A DNA stretch of 41,222 bases from Actinobacteria bacterium UBA7524 (GCA_002478275.1 DLMY01000016.1:62001-103222), one strand, 5' to 3'; positions 30,670 through 38,831 are shown, numbered from the stretch's first letter. The notes: generated by a model not told the origin, from the letters alone. Program-made: numbers and translations.

Positions 30670-32004
30670 ATGACACGGCTGTTCGGGACGGACGGGGTCC
30701 GAGGCATCGCCAACGTCGAGTTGACGCCGGAGCTGGCGTTTCGGCTCGGGGAGGCGGCCGGACATTTCCTCGGCGACAAGGGCCGCGGCAAGATCGTGGT
30801 GGGCAAGGACACTCGTCGCAGTGGCGACATGCTTGAGGCCGCCCTCGTCGCCGGGATCTGCTCCGGTGGTGCGGACGCCTTGGTCTGCGGTGTGGTACCC
30901 ACACCTGCGGTCGCGCTGCTCACGCGTTCGCTTCAGGCCGATGGCGGTGTGGTGATCAGTGCCTCGCACAACGCGCCTCTGTACAACGGAATCAAGTTCT
31001 TCAGCCGCGAGGGCTTCAAGTTGCCCGACGAGCTCGAGGACGAGATCGAGGAGTATACGCACGGTGAGCGCGACTGGGAGCGTCCGACCGGTGCGGAGAT
31101 CGGTCGCACGGACTACGTGGACAATGCGGCGACACGATACGTGAACCACGCTATCGACAGCATCGACACCGCCCTCGAAGGACTCACGATAGCCGTCGAC
31201 TGCGGTCACGGGGCGGCCTCGGTCGCCACACCGGCGGCGTTGCGTGAACTCGGCGCGAAGGTGGTCGCGCTCAACTGCGACTACAACGGCATGGACATCA
31301 ACGTCGGGTGCGGGTCGACCGATCTGTCGGTGCTTTCAGAACTCGTCGTGAGTCACGACGTCGACTTCGGGATCGCACACGACGGTGACGCCGATCGGGT
31401 GCTCGCGGTCGACGAGGCCGGTTGTGAGGTCGACGGCGACATGATCATGGCGATCTGCGCCGCGCACATGCACGACCGCGGGAAGCTCAAGGGCGACACG
31501 GTCGTCGGCACCGTGATGAGCAACATGGGCTTCGAGGTCGCGATGCGTGAGCGAGGCATCAACGTCATCAAGACGAAGGTCGGTGACCGTTACGTGCTCG
31601 AGCAGATGCAGTCGAGCGGTGCGGTGCTCGGCGGTGAGCAGTCGGGCCACATCATCTTCATGGAGCACAACACCACCGGCGACGGGCTTGTTACCGCACT
31701 GCAGCTCGCCCAGGTGATGAAACAGACCGACTCACCGCTCTCGGAGCTGCGCCAGGTGATGCGGCGTTATCCGCAGGTGCTGCGTAACGTGACCGTTCGC
31801 GACAAGGCGCTGCTGGCCACCAGCGCCGCTGTGGCCGATGCCGTGCGTGAGGCCGAGCGCGAGCTCGGCGAGCAGGGGCGCGTGCTCGTGCGGGCGTCCG
31901 GGACCGAGCCGCTCGTGCGCGTGATGGTCGAGGCCGCCGAGGAGAGCGTGGCCGGCGACACCGTCGCTAAGCTGAGCGAGGTCGTTGAGCGCGAGCTGGG
32001 GTAG
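30670..32004 (+). CDS. glmM: Phosphoglucosamine mutase
   Basis: LFGTDGVRG, VISASHN, DGDADR, GGEQSGH, RASGTEPLVRVMVE. Confidence 0.96.
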   Translation: MTRLFGTDGVRGIANVELTPELAFRLGEAAGHFLGDKGRGKIVVGKDTRRSGDMLEAALVAGICSGGADALVCGVVPTPAVALLTRSLQADGGVVISASHNAPLYNGIKFFSREGFKLPDELEDEIEEYTHGERDWERPTGAEIGRTDYVDNAATRYVNHAIDSIDTALEGLTIAVDCGHGAASVATPAALRELGAKVVALNCDYNGMDINVGCGSTDLSVLSELVVSHDVDFGIAHDGDADRVLAVDEAGCEVDGDMIMAICAAHMHDRGKLKGDTVVGTVMSNMGFEVAMRERGINVIKTKVGDRYVLEQMQSSGAVLGGEQSGHIIFMEHNTTGDGLVTALQLAQVMKQTDSPLSELRQVMRRYPQVLRNVTVRDKALLATSAAVADAVREAERELGEQGRVLVRASGTEPLVRVMVEAAEESVAGDTVAKLSEVVERELG

Positions 32005-32067
32005 AGACCTGGCTGGTCGCTTCTTCACCCCCTCAGCGCCTTTCGCCTGAGCCATCACGGATACTGC

Positions 32068-32232
32068 ACCGCTTCGATCCGGCACGGTCGCCCAAGACCT
32101 GCTTGAGGTCGAACCCTTCGTCGAATGGATGTAATCGATATCGTGCCGGAGTCGGCACGATATCGAACCGCACAGGCTGTGAGCCTGGACACGGGCACGA
32201 TGCTCGTAGGGTGGCCACTTCAGCGAAGCGGT
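32068..32232 (+). ncRNA. Candidate structured RNA (unassigned)
   Basis: Closing helices 32068-76/32224-32 and 32086-93/32209-16 enclose four hairpins, one a perfect 14-bp stem; G-U pairs favour the + strand. Confidence 0.35.
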
Positions 32233-32281
32233 CGGACTCCCAGACGGGTGCCTTCACCACTCTCGCAACCTTCGCCACACG

Positions 32282-32313
32282 CGAAGGGCGGCCCCTTGCG
32301 GGACCGCCCTTCG
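32282..32313 (-). terminator. Terminator hairpin downstream of csp
   Basis: Minus strand CGAAGGGCGGTCCC-GCAA-GGGGCCGCCCTTCG, GNRA loop, no U-tract. Confidence 0.7.
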
Positions 32314-32334
32314 GCTACGCGTCTATGTCAGGTT

Positions 32335-32538
32335 CTAGCGAGGGTAGACGTTGGTGGCCTGGGGCTTGCCGTTCTGGCCGACAGCCTCCTCGAACGTCAC
32401 GGCCTGACCCTCTTCGAGGGTCTTGAAGCCCTCGGCCTGGATCTCCGAGAAGTGGACGAACAGGTCGTCGCCACCCTCACGCTCGATGAACCCGTAACCC
32501 TTTTCCGCGCTGAACCACTTGACTGTGCCTTCTGCCAT
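32335..32538 (-). CDS. Cold-shock protein (CspA family)
   Basis: [35 protein letters not shown]; 67 aa. Confidence 0.96.
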   Translation of the reverse strand: MAEGTVKWFSAEKGYGFIEREGGDDLFVHFSEIQAEGFKTLEEGQAVTFEEAVGQNGKPQATNVYPR

Positions 32539-32651
32539 GCAAATCCATCCTCTCGCCCCGTGGGGCACAAACAATGCGACGCGACCACCCGCAACTAGAG
32601 CGGATACTCACGTCGCGATCCTTCCGAGCCTCCTATGGCCCGGCCGCCGTG

Positions 32652-32660
32652 ATTCTAGCA
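32652..32660 (-). promoter_or_regulatory. Extended -10 promoter for csp (about 105-nt 5' UTR)
   Basis: Minus strand TGcTAGAAT. Confidence 0.5.
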
Positions 32661-32678
32661 TAGGTCGCAGCTGCTGTC

Positions 32679-33092
32679 CTAGTGGTCATCGAGCTCACAT
32701 GCGTTCGATTGTTTGAGCAGCCACCAGGCGAGTCCTACGGACACCAGTAGGGCAGACATGCCCAGAGCGCTTTCCAGATAGTCACCCTTCGGTTCGAAGA
32801 CCACGAACTTGCGGGCTACGGCGACGAGCGCGGCCTCAAGCACCGTTGGCACTACGTTGCGGTGCGTCATGTAGGCGATCGCTATCCGGAACAGCTCGAT
32901 GACGATGAAGACCTCGATCGCGGTGGAGATCACGCTTGTGAACTCATCGCGGCCGAACACCAGGCCACCTGCGACGATCGCGTAGATCTCGTTACCTAAT
33001 GCGATGACCAGCAGCGCAGCGATGAGTACCAGCGCTATGGACACGGCAATCTCGAGCCAGGCGACAAACTGATTGAGCGGTTTCTCGAACAT
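32679..33092 (-). CDS. PsiE-like 4-TM membrane protein
   Basis: 137 aa, four hydrophobic helices, FIVIELFR...ALVAVARKFVV pattern; AAGGAG RBS. Confidence 0.7.
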   Translation of the reverse strand: MFEKPLNQFVAWLEIAVSIALVLIAALLVIALGNEIYAIVAGGLVFGRDEFTSVISTAIEVFIVIELFRIAIAYMTHRNVVPTVLEAALVAVARKFVVFEPKGDYLESALGMSALLVSVGLAWWLLKQSNACELDDH

Positions 33093-33244
33093 GTGTCTCC
33101 TTGTGTCGTTGACTTCTGATCCCGGCGGGGAGTGCCCGGACGATCGGCCACGGAGTATGAGGACCCTACTGAAGGAATGACAGGTCCGGCGACGTACGGG
33201 CATCTCTTTGAGTTGGTTCCCGAAATCGCGTGCGGTTGTCGGTG

Positions 33245-33862
33245 TCACTCGGGCCGGGAACGCCAGAATGCGAACAGCGCCATCAGCGCGGCCGCTGCAG
33301 AGAGCCACAGGAGACGGATGTCGCGAGGAGAGACCTTCTCCGTGATGATCTTGCCTGGTGCAACGATCTGAAGCGCGTCTGCCTGGATCAGCATGTCCCC
33401 CCCGTGTGCGGGGTCTGCGGCGCGGAAGACGCCGCTGACGGTCACCAGGTCGCCCCGAACCCGGTACGAGCCGTACGCACCGATTCGCTCCGCGAGATGC
33501 GCCGGTACCACGATCGCGAGTCCGGCGTTGTAGCCTTCGGTGTCCGAGCCTTCAGGAATCGTCCGGTAGGCGTAAGGGTCGTCATTCAGATGCAGCCAGG
33601 CGATGTCTCCCCGGATCATCGCCTCGCCGATAGCCTCTCCTGTGAACGTGATGTCCTTGCCGTCCCAGAACCCGGGTGTTTCAATCAGCCGTGCGCTGGA
33701 GACGGTTGGTGGCGTTGCGCTCCCCGGAGCGGCGAGAGCCACCCCGGGCACGAGAAGCAGGCCGAGGAGAGCCATGGCGCATAAGTACACGCCGGTGCGC
33801 GCAGGGAGACGTGCGCTCTCGGCTCGTAAGCGGAAGTGGGCTATGGATGCCGTGAGCCTCAT
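33245..33862 (-). CDS. Exported or membrane-anchored hypothetical protein, possible OB-fold
   Basis: ATGA overlap with trkH stop; signal-like LLGLLLVPGVALA-A; beta-rich core WDGKDITFTGEAIG...GDLVTVSGVF; C-terminal TM plus basic tail. Confidence 0.7.
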   Translation of the reverse strand: MRLTASIAHFRLRAESARLPARTGVYLCAMALLGLLLVPGVALAAPGSATPPTVSSARLIETPGFWDGKDITFTGEAIGEAMIRGDIAWLHLNDDPYAYRTIPEGSDTEGYNAGLAIVVPAHLAERIGAYGSYRVRGDLVTVSGVFRAADPAHGGDMLIQADALQIVAPGKIITEKVSPRDIRLLWLSAAAALMALFAFWRSRPE

Positions 33863-35361
33863 CTTCCGATGATCACCGACCAGATCCACCCGACGAATGC
33901 GAAGGCCGCGAAGAACTCGAAACGGCCGAGCCACATCGCGCCGGTCAGGATGAGCTTCATCACCCACGGCATCGCGGGGGAGATGACGCCACATGAGAGC
34001 CCTGTGTTCGAAGCGGCGGAGACTCCTTCGAACATCGCCTCCAACAACGGGTAGCCGTTGAGTACGCCGACGAAGGTCACAAGCGCGTGCATCGTCAAGA
34101 AGGTGACAGTCACCATGAGAGCCAGTCGTGCGGTGTCGTCGTCGATCAGTCGGTCGCGGCCGTGGTGGTAGCGCATCGTCAAGGCGGCCGATTCCGGTCC
34201 GAGCAGACCCTTGATGTTGAGAAGGAACGCTTTCGTGATCACACCCATCCTGAAACCCTTGATGCCTCCGGCGGTGGAACAGGAGGATGCTCCGATGATC
34301 ATCGCGCCGATGATCGCGAGCATGGCTACCGGACCCCATTGCGTCACCAGTGCGCGTGATGCCACGGTGCCGAAACCGGTTGTGGTGTGGCCGGAGATGA
34401 GCTGGTAGAACACCTTGCGGAAGAGGGAGATCTGGTCGGGATAGACACCACTGCGGGCGAGCCCGAACGATGCTACCGTCACAAGTACGGTGAGAGTGAG
34501 CGCGAAGCTTCGGGTCTCGATGTTGCGAAGGATCTCCCTCCGATCGCCCCTCCAGATCAACCAGTGGAGAGCGAAGTTGAGCGAGCCTGCGAAGAAGATC
34601 ATCACACACACGATTTCGAACAGCAGTGAGTGGTACCAGAAGGTGTTGTAGGACTGAGGTGCGAAGCCTCCGGTGCTGAACGCCCCCATGAACACCCATA
34701 GACCGTGCAGTATCGCCCGGACCGGCTCCTGACCCAATGCGAGCGCACAGGCGACCAGTATCGTCGTGCCGATCACCAGCCAGACCAATGAGACCAGCCA
34801 GATGATGCGCGCCGTGTTGACGACGTTGGGCAACAGACGTTCCTCTTTACCCTCTCCGGCGTACAGGTGGAACGTGCCGCTCGTGCCGCGGAACAGGAAG
34901 GTGAGCGCCAGGACGACGATGCCCTGTCCTCCCACGAAGGTCAGTACGAAGCGCCACATGTTCAGGCTGTTGGGTATATGGTCCAAGTCCTGGAGCAGGT
35001 ATAGACCGGTCGTGGTCAGTCCGCTCATCACATCGAAGATGCAGTCGAGGAAGCTGCCGAAGTGACCGGACAGCCAGAAGGGGATCGCTCCCAGCGCCGT
35101 TGCCAGAAGCCAGGAGACCGAGACCACAATGAGTGCGTGCCGTTTTCGCAGGCCTCCGGACCTGCCTCCCGCGGCCTGAAGTCCGAGCCCGACCGCCAGA
35201 CAGACAAGAAGGCCGATGGCGAAGCGCACCAGGTGGGCCCATTCCGAGAAGACCGCGGCGGTCAGGATGGGAATCGCCATGAGCAGTCCGAAACCGGCGA
35301 TGATGCGACCACTGTAGGTGGCAACGATCCGGTGATCTTGAAGCGAGGGACGTACGATCAC
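33859..35361 (-). CDS. trkH: TrkH-family potassium uptake membrane protein
   Basis: Four pore loops SGLTTTG, AFSTGGF, GHTTTGF, AASNTGLS; STAGGIK; MWLGRFE; GTG start overlaps upstream stop. Confidence 0.92.
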   Translation of the reverse strand: MIVRPSLQDHRIVATYSGRIIAGFGLLMAIPILTAAVFSEWAHLVRFAIGLLVCLAVGLGLQAAGGRSGGLRKRHALIVVSVSWLLATALGAIPFWLSGHFGSFLDCIFDVMSGLTTTGLYLLQDLDHIPNSLNMWRFVLTFVGGQGIVVLALTFLFRGTSGTFHLYAGEGKEERLLPNVVNTARIIWLVSLVWLVIGTTILVACALALGQEPVRAILHGLWVFMGAFSTGGFAPQSYNTFWYHSLLFEIVCVMIFFAGSLNFALHWLIWRGDRREILRNIETRSFALTLTVLVTVASFGLARSGVYPDQISLFRKVFYQLISGHTTTGFGTVASRALVTQWGPVAMLAIIGAMIIGASSCSTAGGIKGFRMGVITKAFLLNIKGLLGPESAALTMRYHHGRDRLIDDDTARLALMVTVTFLTMHALVTFVGVLNGYPLLEAMFEGVSAASNTGLSCGVISPAMPWVMKLILTGAMWLGRFEFFAAFAFVGWIWSVIIGR

Positions 35362-35552
35362 TGCGCGAGCCACCTGGCCATCATGCACGACACGCCGCCA
35401 ACACAGATGAGGAGGGCGGCGAAGCCCACCTCTGCGGCCATTCCCTGGATCAGCATGACACCCCGGTCTGAGATGCTCTCGGTGATGCGCGTTGCCGGCC
35501 CGAGGTGCGTCAAGTCGTCCCGCTCGCGAGGAGAGCGGATCCGTGTGCTCAT
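35358..35552 (-). CDS. Small (64 aa) protein with one C-terminal TM helix
   Basis: ATGA overlap with the RCK gene stop and GTGA overlap with trkH start; hydrophobic C-terminus. Confidence 0.6.
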   Translation of the reverse strand: MSTRIRSPRERDDLTHLGPATRITESISDRGVMLIQGMAAEVGFAALLICVGGVSCMMARWLAQ

Positions 35553-35965
35553 CGCCGTGCCGTCTCGCGCTCCGCGAGCGCATGTAGCTCGCGTGCCAGT
35601 CTTTCTGGCCCGCACAGACATTCGATACCCAGTGCGTGATAGGCGTCGTCGGCACAGGAGCGCACAGAGAGAGCCAACTGCCGCCTGACTCCGAACATGT
35701 TTCTGGCCAGCAGGCATGCGGCGATATTGACGGCGTCTTCGTTCGCGAGCGCGTACACCACATCTGCTTCCCTTGCGCCGGCGGCCGAGAGGCTCTCCGC
35801 ATCCGCACCTGGTCCCTGGACCACCATGGCGGCCGGGAAGCGCATCGAGAGCTCCTCGGCCCGATGGGGGTTGGAGACGATTATGTATACATGCTCGTGA
35901 GAGGTGAGAAGCAGGGCCGCGAGCCGGGCGGCCACCTCGTCCTCACCGATGATGATGGCATGCAT
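35549..35965 (-). CDS. TrkA-like single RCK_N domain protein with degenerate nucleotide-binding motif
   Basis: MHAIIIGEDEVA, VVQG.GAD..SL..AGAREADVVYALANEDAVNIAACLLA, LGIE; GGAGG RBS; no RCK_C. Confidence 0.8.
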   Translation of the reverse strand: MHAIIIGEDEVAARLAALLLTSHEHVYIIVSNPHRAEELSMRFPAAMVVQGPGADAESLSAAGAREADVVYALANEDAVNIAACLLARNMFGVRRQLALSVRSCADDAYHALGIECLCGPERLARELHALAERETARR

Positions 35966-35996
35966 GGCGCGTGACCTCCGATCGTCGGTTCATATG

Positions 35997-36062
35997 AGTC
36001 TAGGACCGTCGATGTTCAGTTCGCGCAAAGAAAGGACGCCTGTGCGTAAAGATTGCGCAAAG
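35997..36062 (-). promoter_or_regulatory. Trk-operon promoter with three direct repeats (probable KdpE boxes)
   Basis: Minus strand CTTTGCGC(36062-55), CTTTACGC(36051-44), CTTTGCGC(36030-23); -10 TAGACT at 36002-35997. Confidence 0.65.
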
Positions 36063-36131
36063 CCGAGCCCTGGTTGTTCGAAACGTGGCATGCCGCCGGG
36101 CAGGCGAGCCGCCAGATGGCTTCCGGTGGCT

Positions 36132-36833
36132 CTAGCGGGTGTTCAGCCTGAGTCCCACGCCTGGTTCGGTGAGTACATAGCGAGGCACCGAAGGATGCGG
36201 TTCTATCTTGCGTCGGAGGTTGCTCACATGCACGCGGATCGTCCTGATGTCGACCATCGCATCGTGACCCCATACAGTCTCGCTTACCTGGGACCAGGTA
36301 ACAAGCCGGTCGGGACTGCGCGCCAGTAGAATCAGTATGTCGAATTCGATCGGGGTCAGGGAGGCGGGCTCGCCCGCTCTTGTCACCTGATGTGCGGCCG
36401 CGTCGATGACGAGATCTCCAATGGAGAGGACTGGTTGCGGGGCCGCTGCTCCTGATGCCCGGCGCAGCAGGGCCCGAACTCGCGCGACGAGCTCTCCGGC
36501 CGAGAAAGGCTTGGTCAGATAGTCGTCTGCCCCCGTCTCCAGTGCCGCGATCTTGTCCGCTTCATCGGCCCTGACCGACAGCACGAGAATGGGGCTCTCA
36601 AGCCAGGTCCGCATCTGCCGGGCCAGCTCGATCCCGTCGATGTCGGGAAGCGAGAGGTCGAGGACGACGAAGTCGGGCGTACGCTTCATCAGTGCGTCCA
36701 GCGCCTCGGCCCCTGTTGCTGCTGTGAGTACGTCGAAGCCCCGGCTACCGAGGATCGTCTGCAGCGCTTGACGTATGTGGGGCTCGTCGTCGATCACCAG
36801 CCCCGTGTATCGGCGTGAGTGCTCTTGGGTCAT
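36132..36833 (-). CDS. kdpE: KdpE-like OmpR-family response regulator
   Basis: VIDDE, LDLSLPDIDG, PILVLSVR..E.DKI.AL..GADDYLTKPF, LRRKIE..PS.PRYVLTEPGVG. Confidence 0.9.
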   Translation of the reverse strand: MTQEHSRRYTGLVIDDEPHIRQALQTILGSRGFDVLTAATGAEALDALMKRTPDFVVLDLSLPDIDGIELARQMRTWLESPILVLSVRADEADKIAALETGADDYLTKPFSAGELVARVRALLRRASGAAAPQPVLSIGDLVIDAAAHQVTRAGEPASLTPIEFDILILLARSPDRLVTWSQVSETVWGHDAMVDIRTIRVHVSNLRRKIEPHPSVPRYVLTEPGVGLRLNTR

Positions 36834-38275
36834 AGCTTCTCCCCATCAGCCCTGGATGCTCCGTTCCGGGCAGGCAATTCCAGTAGCAGTGTGACTCCGC
36901 GCGGGACGACGTCTTGTATGTGGACGGACCCGGCGTTGGCTTCGATCAGCTCCCTGGCCAAGGTCAGCCCGAGACCCGTGCTTGAGGTCGAGGCCTTTCC
37001 CGACGAGCCCCTGTAGAACTTCTCGAACACCAGCTGTCGTTCGCGTTCGGGTATACCCGGCCCGAAGTCCGTGACCGCTATCCCCAAGACGCCGTCAGTG
37101 GGTTCTCGGGCCGAGATGAGGACTCTCCCTGCAGTGTAGATCAGCGCGTTGTCTATCACATGTCTCAGCGCCCGCGCCACCTGCCTGAAGTCCGCGTAGA
37201 TGCATTGAGTATCCGACGGGATGTCGAAGTCGATGCGTTCTCGCGAGTTCACCGGAAGGTCGCTCAGAACCATCCCGACGACCTCACCAACGTCGAATTC
37301 CTCCGGTTGCGGCCTCCATGCACGGGCCTCCAGGCGGGACGTGTCGAGGAGGTCGCCGATCGAACGGTCGAGTCGCTTCAGGTCGCGAGTCGCTCCACCG
37401 AGTACCTCCCTGATCTCGGCCGCGCCTGGTGCCGGGTCTCTGTCGAGTATGTCCGTGATCGAGGCCGTCAACGAGGCGAGTGGGGTCTTCAGTTCGTGCG
37501 AAACAGACGACACGAGAGCGTTGCGCAGGCGTTCGGTTTCCCGCTCGGCAGCGGCGCGCATCGCTGTGTCAGTCATGTGGCGGTTGTCAAGGAACGCCGT
37601 CACGAGATGGGCCACGGATGTGATGAACTCGCGTTCTGCAGGCTCGACCGGCCCATCGTATCTGACCGTGAGACGGGCGGGATTCTTGCCCGTGGTCGGC
37701 AGATCCATGGTGACCGTTTGGTCTTCGTGTCCTGTGCAGGTATTCGCCGCCCCGGGTAAGTGCCCCACATCGAGCGATACGCTTCGGATACCTGATGCCG
37801 AGCACAGCTCGGATTCAACCATGGTTATCATCGCCTCAAGAGTGGTGTCTGCGACGAGGCTCGAACTGAGCCTGTACAGCGCAGACGTGCGCGCCTGTTC
37901 GCGAATCGCGACGGCTTCGCGCGTACGGAGACGCCCCGTCTGAAGCCCTACGGCGATCGCGACAAGGAGGAACGCAAGGATGTGCAGCAGGTCTTCGCTC
38001 TTCGCGACTACGAACGTGTGGTGCGGCGGGATGAAGAAGAAGTTCCAGCAGAGGAACGAGAGGGCAGCCGCTATCACAGCCGGGATCATGCCCGCGACGC
38101 CGGCTACTGCGCCAACCACGAGAAGGTACGGCCAACCCCATTGCTCGTAGGCCATGTCGTATCTGAACGGGAGGAAGGCCGCCGTAGCCAACGTCACGGC
38201 CAAGATCGCAGTCGTCTTGCCGAAGCGCGCGGCTAGGTCACGAACCTGTTCGTACGCCGATTGCAGAGAGCCCAT
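36830..38275 (-). CDS. Short KdpD-like sensor histidine kinase (TM bundle, HisKA, HATPase)
   Basis: WNFFFIPP.HTF.V TM signature, ERLRNALVSSVSHELKTPL, N/G boxes, FEKFYRG, GLGL; no N-terminal KdpD/Usp region. Confidence 0.88.
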   Translation of the reverse strand: MGSLQSAYEQVRDLAARFGKTTAILAVTLATAAFLPFRYDMAYEQWGWPYLLVVGAVAGVAGMIPAVIAAALSFLCWNFFFIPPHHTFVVAKSEDLLHILAFLLVAIAVGLQTGRLRTREAVAIREQARTSALYRLSSSLVADTTLEAMITMVESELCSASGIRSVSLDVGHLPGAANTCTGHEDQTVTMDLPTTGKNPARLTVRYDGPVEPAEREFITSVAHLVTAFLDNRHMTDTAMRAAAERETERLRNALVSSVSHELKTPLASLTASITDILDRDPAPGAAEIREVLGGATRDLKRLDRSIGDLLDTSRLEARAWRPQPEEFDVGEVVGMVLSDLPVNSRERIDFDIPSDTQCIYADFRQVARALRHVIDNALIYTAGRVLISAREPTDGVLGIAVTDFGPGIPERERQLVFEKFYRGSSGKASTSSTGLGLTLARELIEANAGSVHIQDVVPRGVTLLLELPARNGASRADGEKL

Positions 38276-38422
38276 CGTCGGCTCCTCGTCCTTCGGTGAT
38301 CGGAGCTGGCCGCTGCATATGATACTCGCGTAGCGCTCAGGTGTCGCACGCTCAACGTGGGGCTGAGTGGCGGTTGGGGAATCTTCTCACTGGGCCGTGT
38401 GTGCGAATCCAGGAGTGTGAGT

Positions 38423-38800
38423 ATGAGCGACTACGTGGAACTGATGGGCGTTGACGAGCTGCCCGACGGGGAGATGACCTCGTTCCAGGTCGATGGGTCG
38501 CGTCTTCTTGTCGCACGCGTGGGAGAACAGCATTTCGTCGCCGATGCACTATGCCCACATCTGCGCGGCCGGCTCGACAAGGGGACGCTCGACGGCACCG
38601 TTGTGACCTGCCCGAGGCACGGCTCCCGGTTCGACCTGGCCGACGGGCGGTGTCTGAGGTGGACCAAGTTCACCGGCGCAGTCAAAGGGGCGGTGGAGTT
38701 GGTGCGGCACGAACGCCCACTGACGGTCTATGAAACGCTCGTCGAGGACGGGAAGCTCTTCGTCGGGCCTGCGAAGCCGGTGGCTTCCGAATCACCGTAA
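38423..38800 (+). CDS. Rieske [2Fe-2S] ferredoxin-like protein
   Basis: CPH...CPRHGSRFDL motifs; AGGAG RBS. Confidence 0.9.
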   Translation: MSDYVELMGVDELPDGEMTSFQVDGSRLLVARVGEQHFVADALCPHLRGRLDKGTLDGTVVTCPRHGSRFDLADGRCLRWTKFTGAVKGAVELVRHERPLTVYETLVEDGKLFVGPAKPVASESP

Positions 38801-38831
38801 CCGTGCCGTCACCCCGCAGGCACTCCTCGGC

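Noticed and set aside
32068..32232. Retron msr-msd or CRISPR interpretation of the hairpin cluster
   Set aside because: No reverse transcriptase or cas gene in the window and no repeat-spacer periodicity
32033..32426. Small ORFs in the glmM-csp gap (32033-32278 minus, 32103-32426 plus)
   Set aside because: No RBS or motifs; they cross the terminator or csp; the region is better explained by RNA structure
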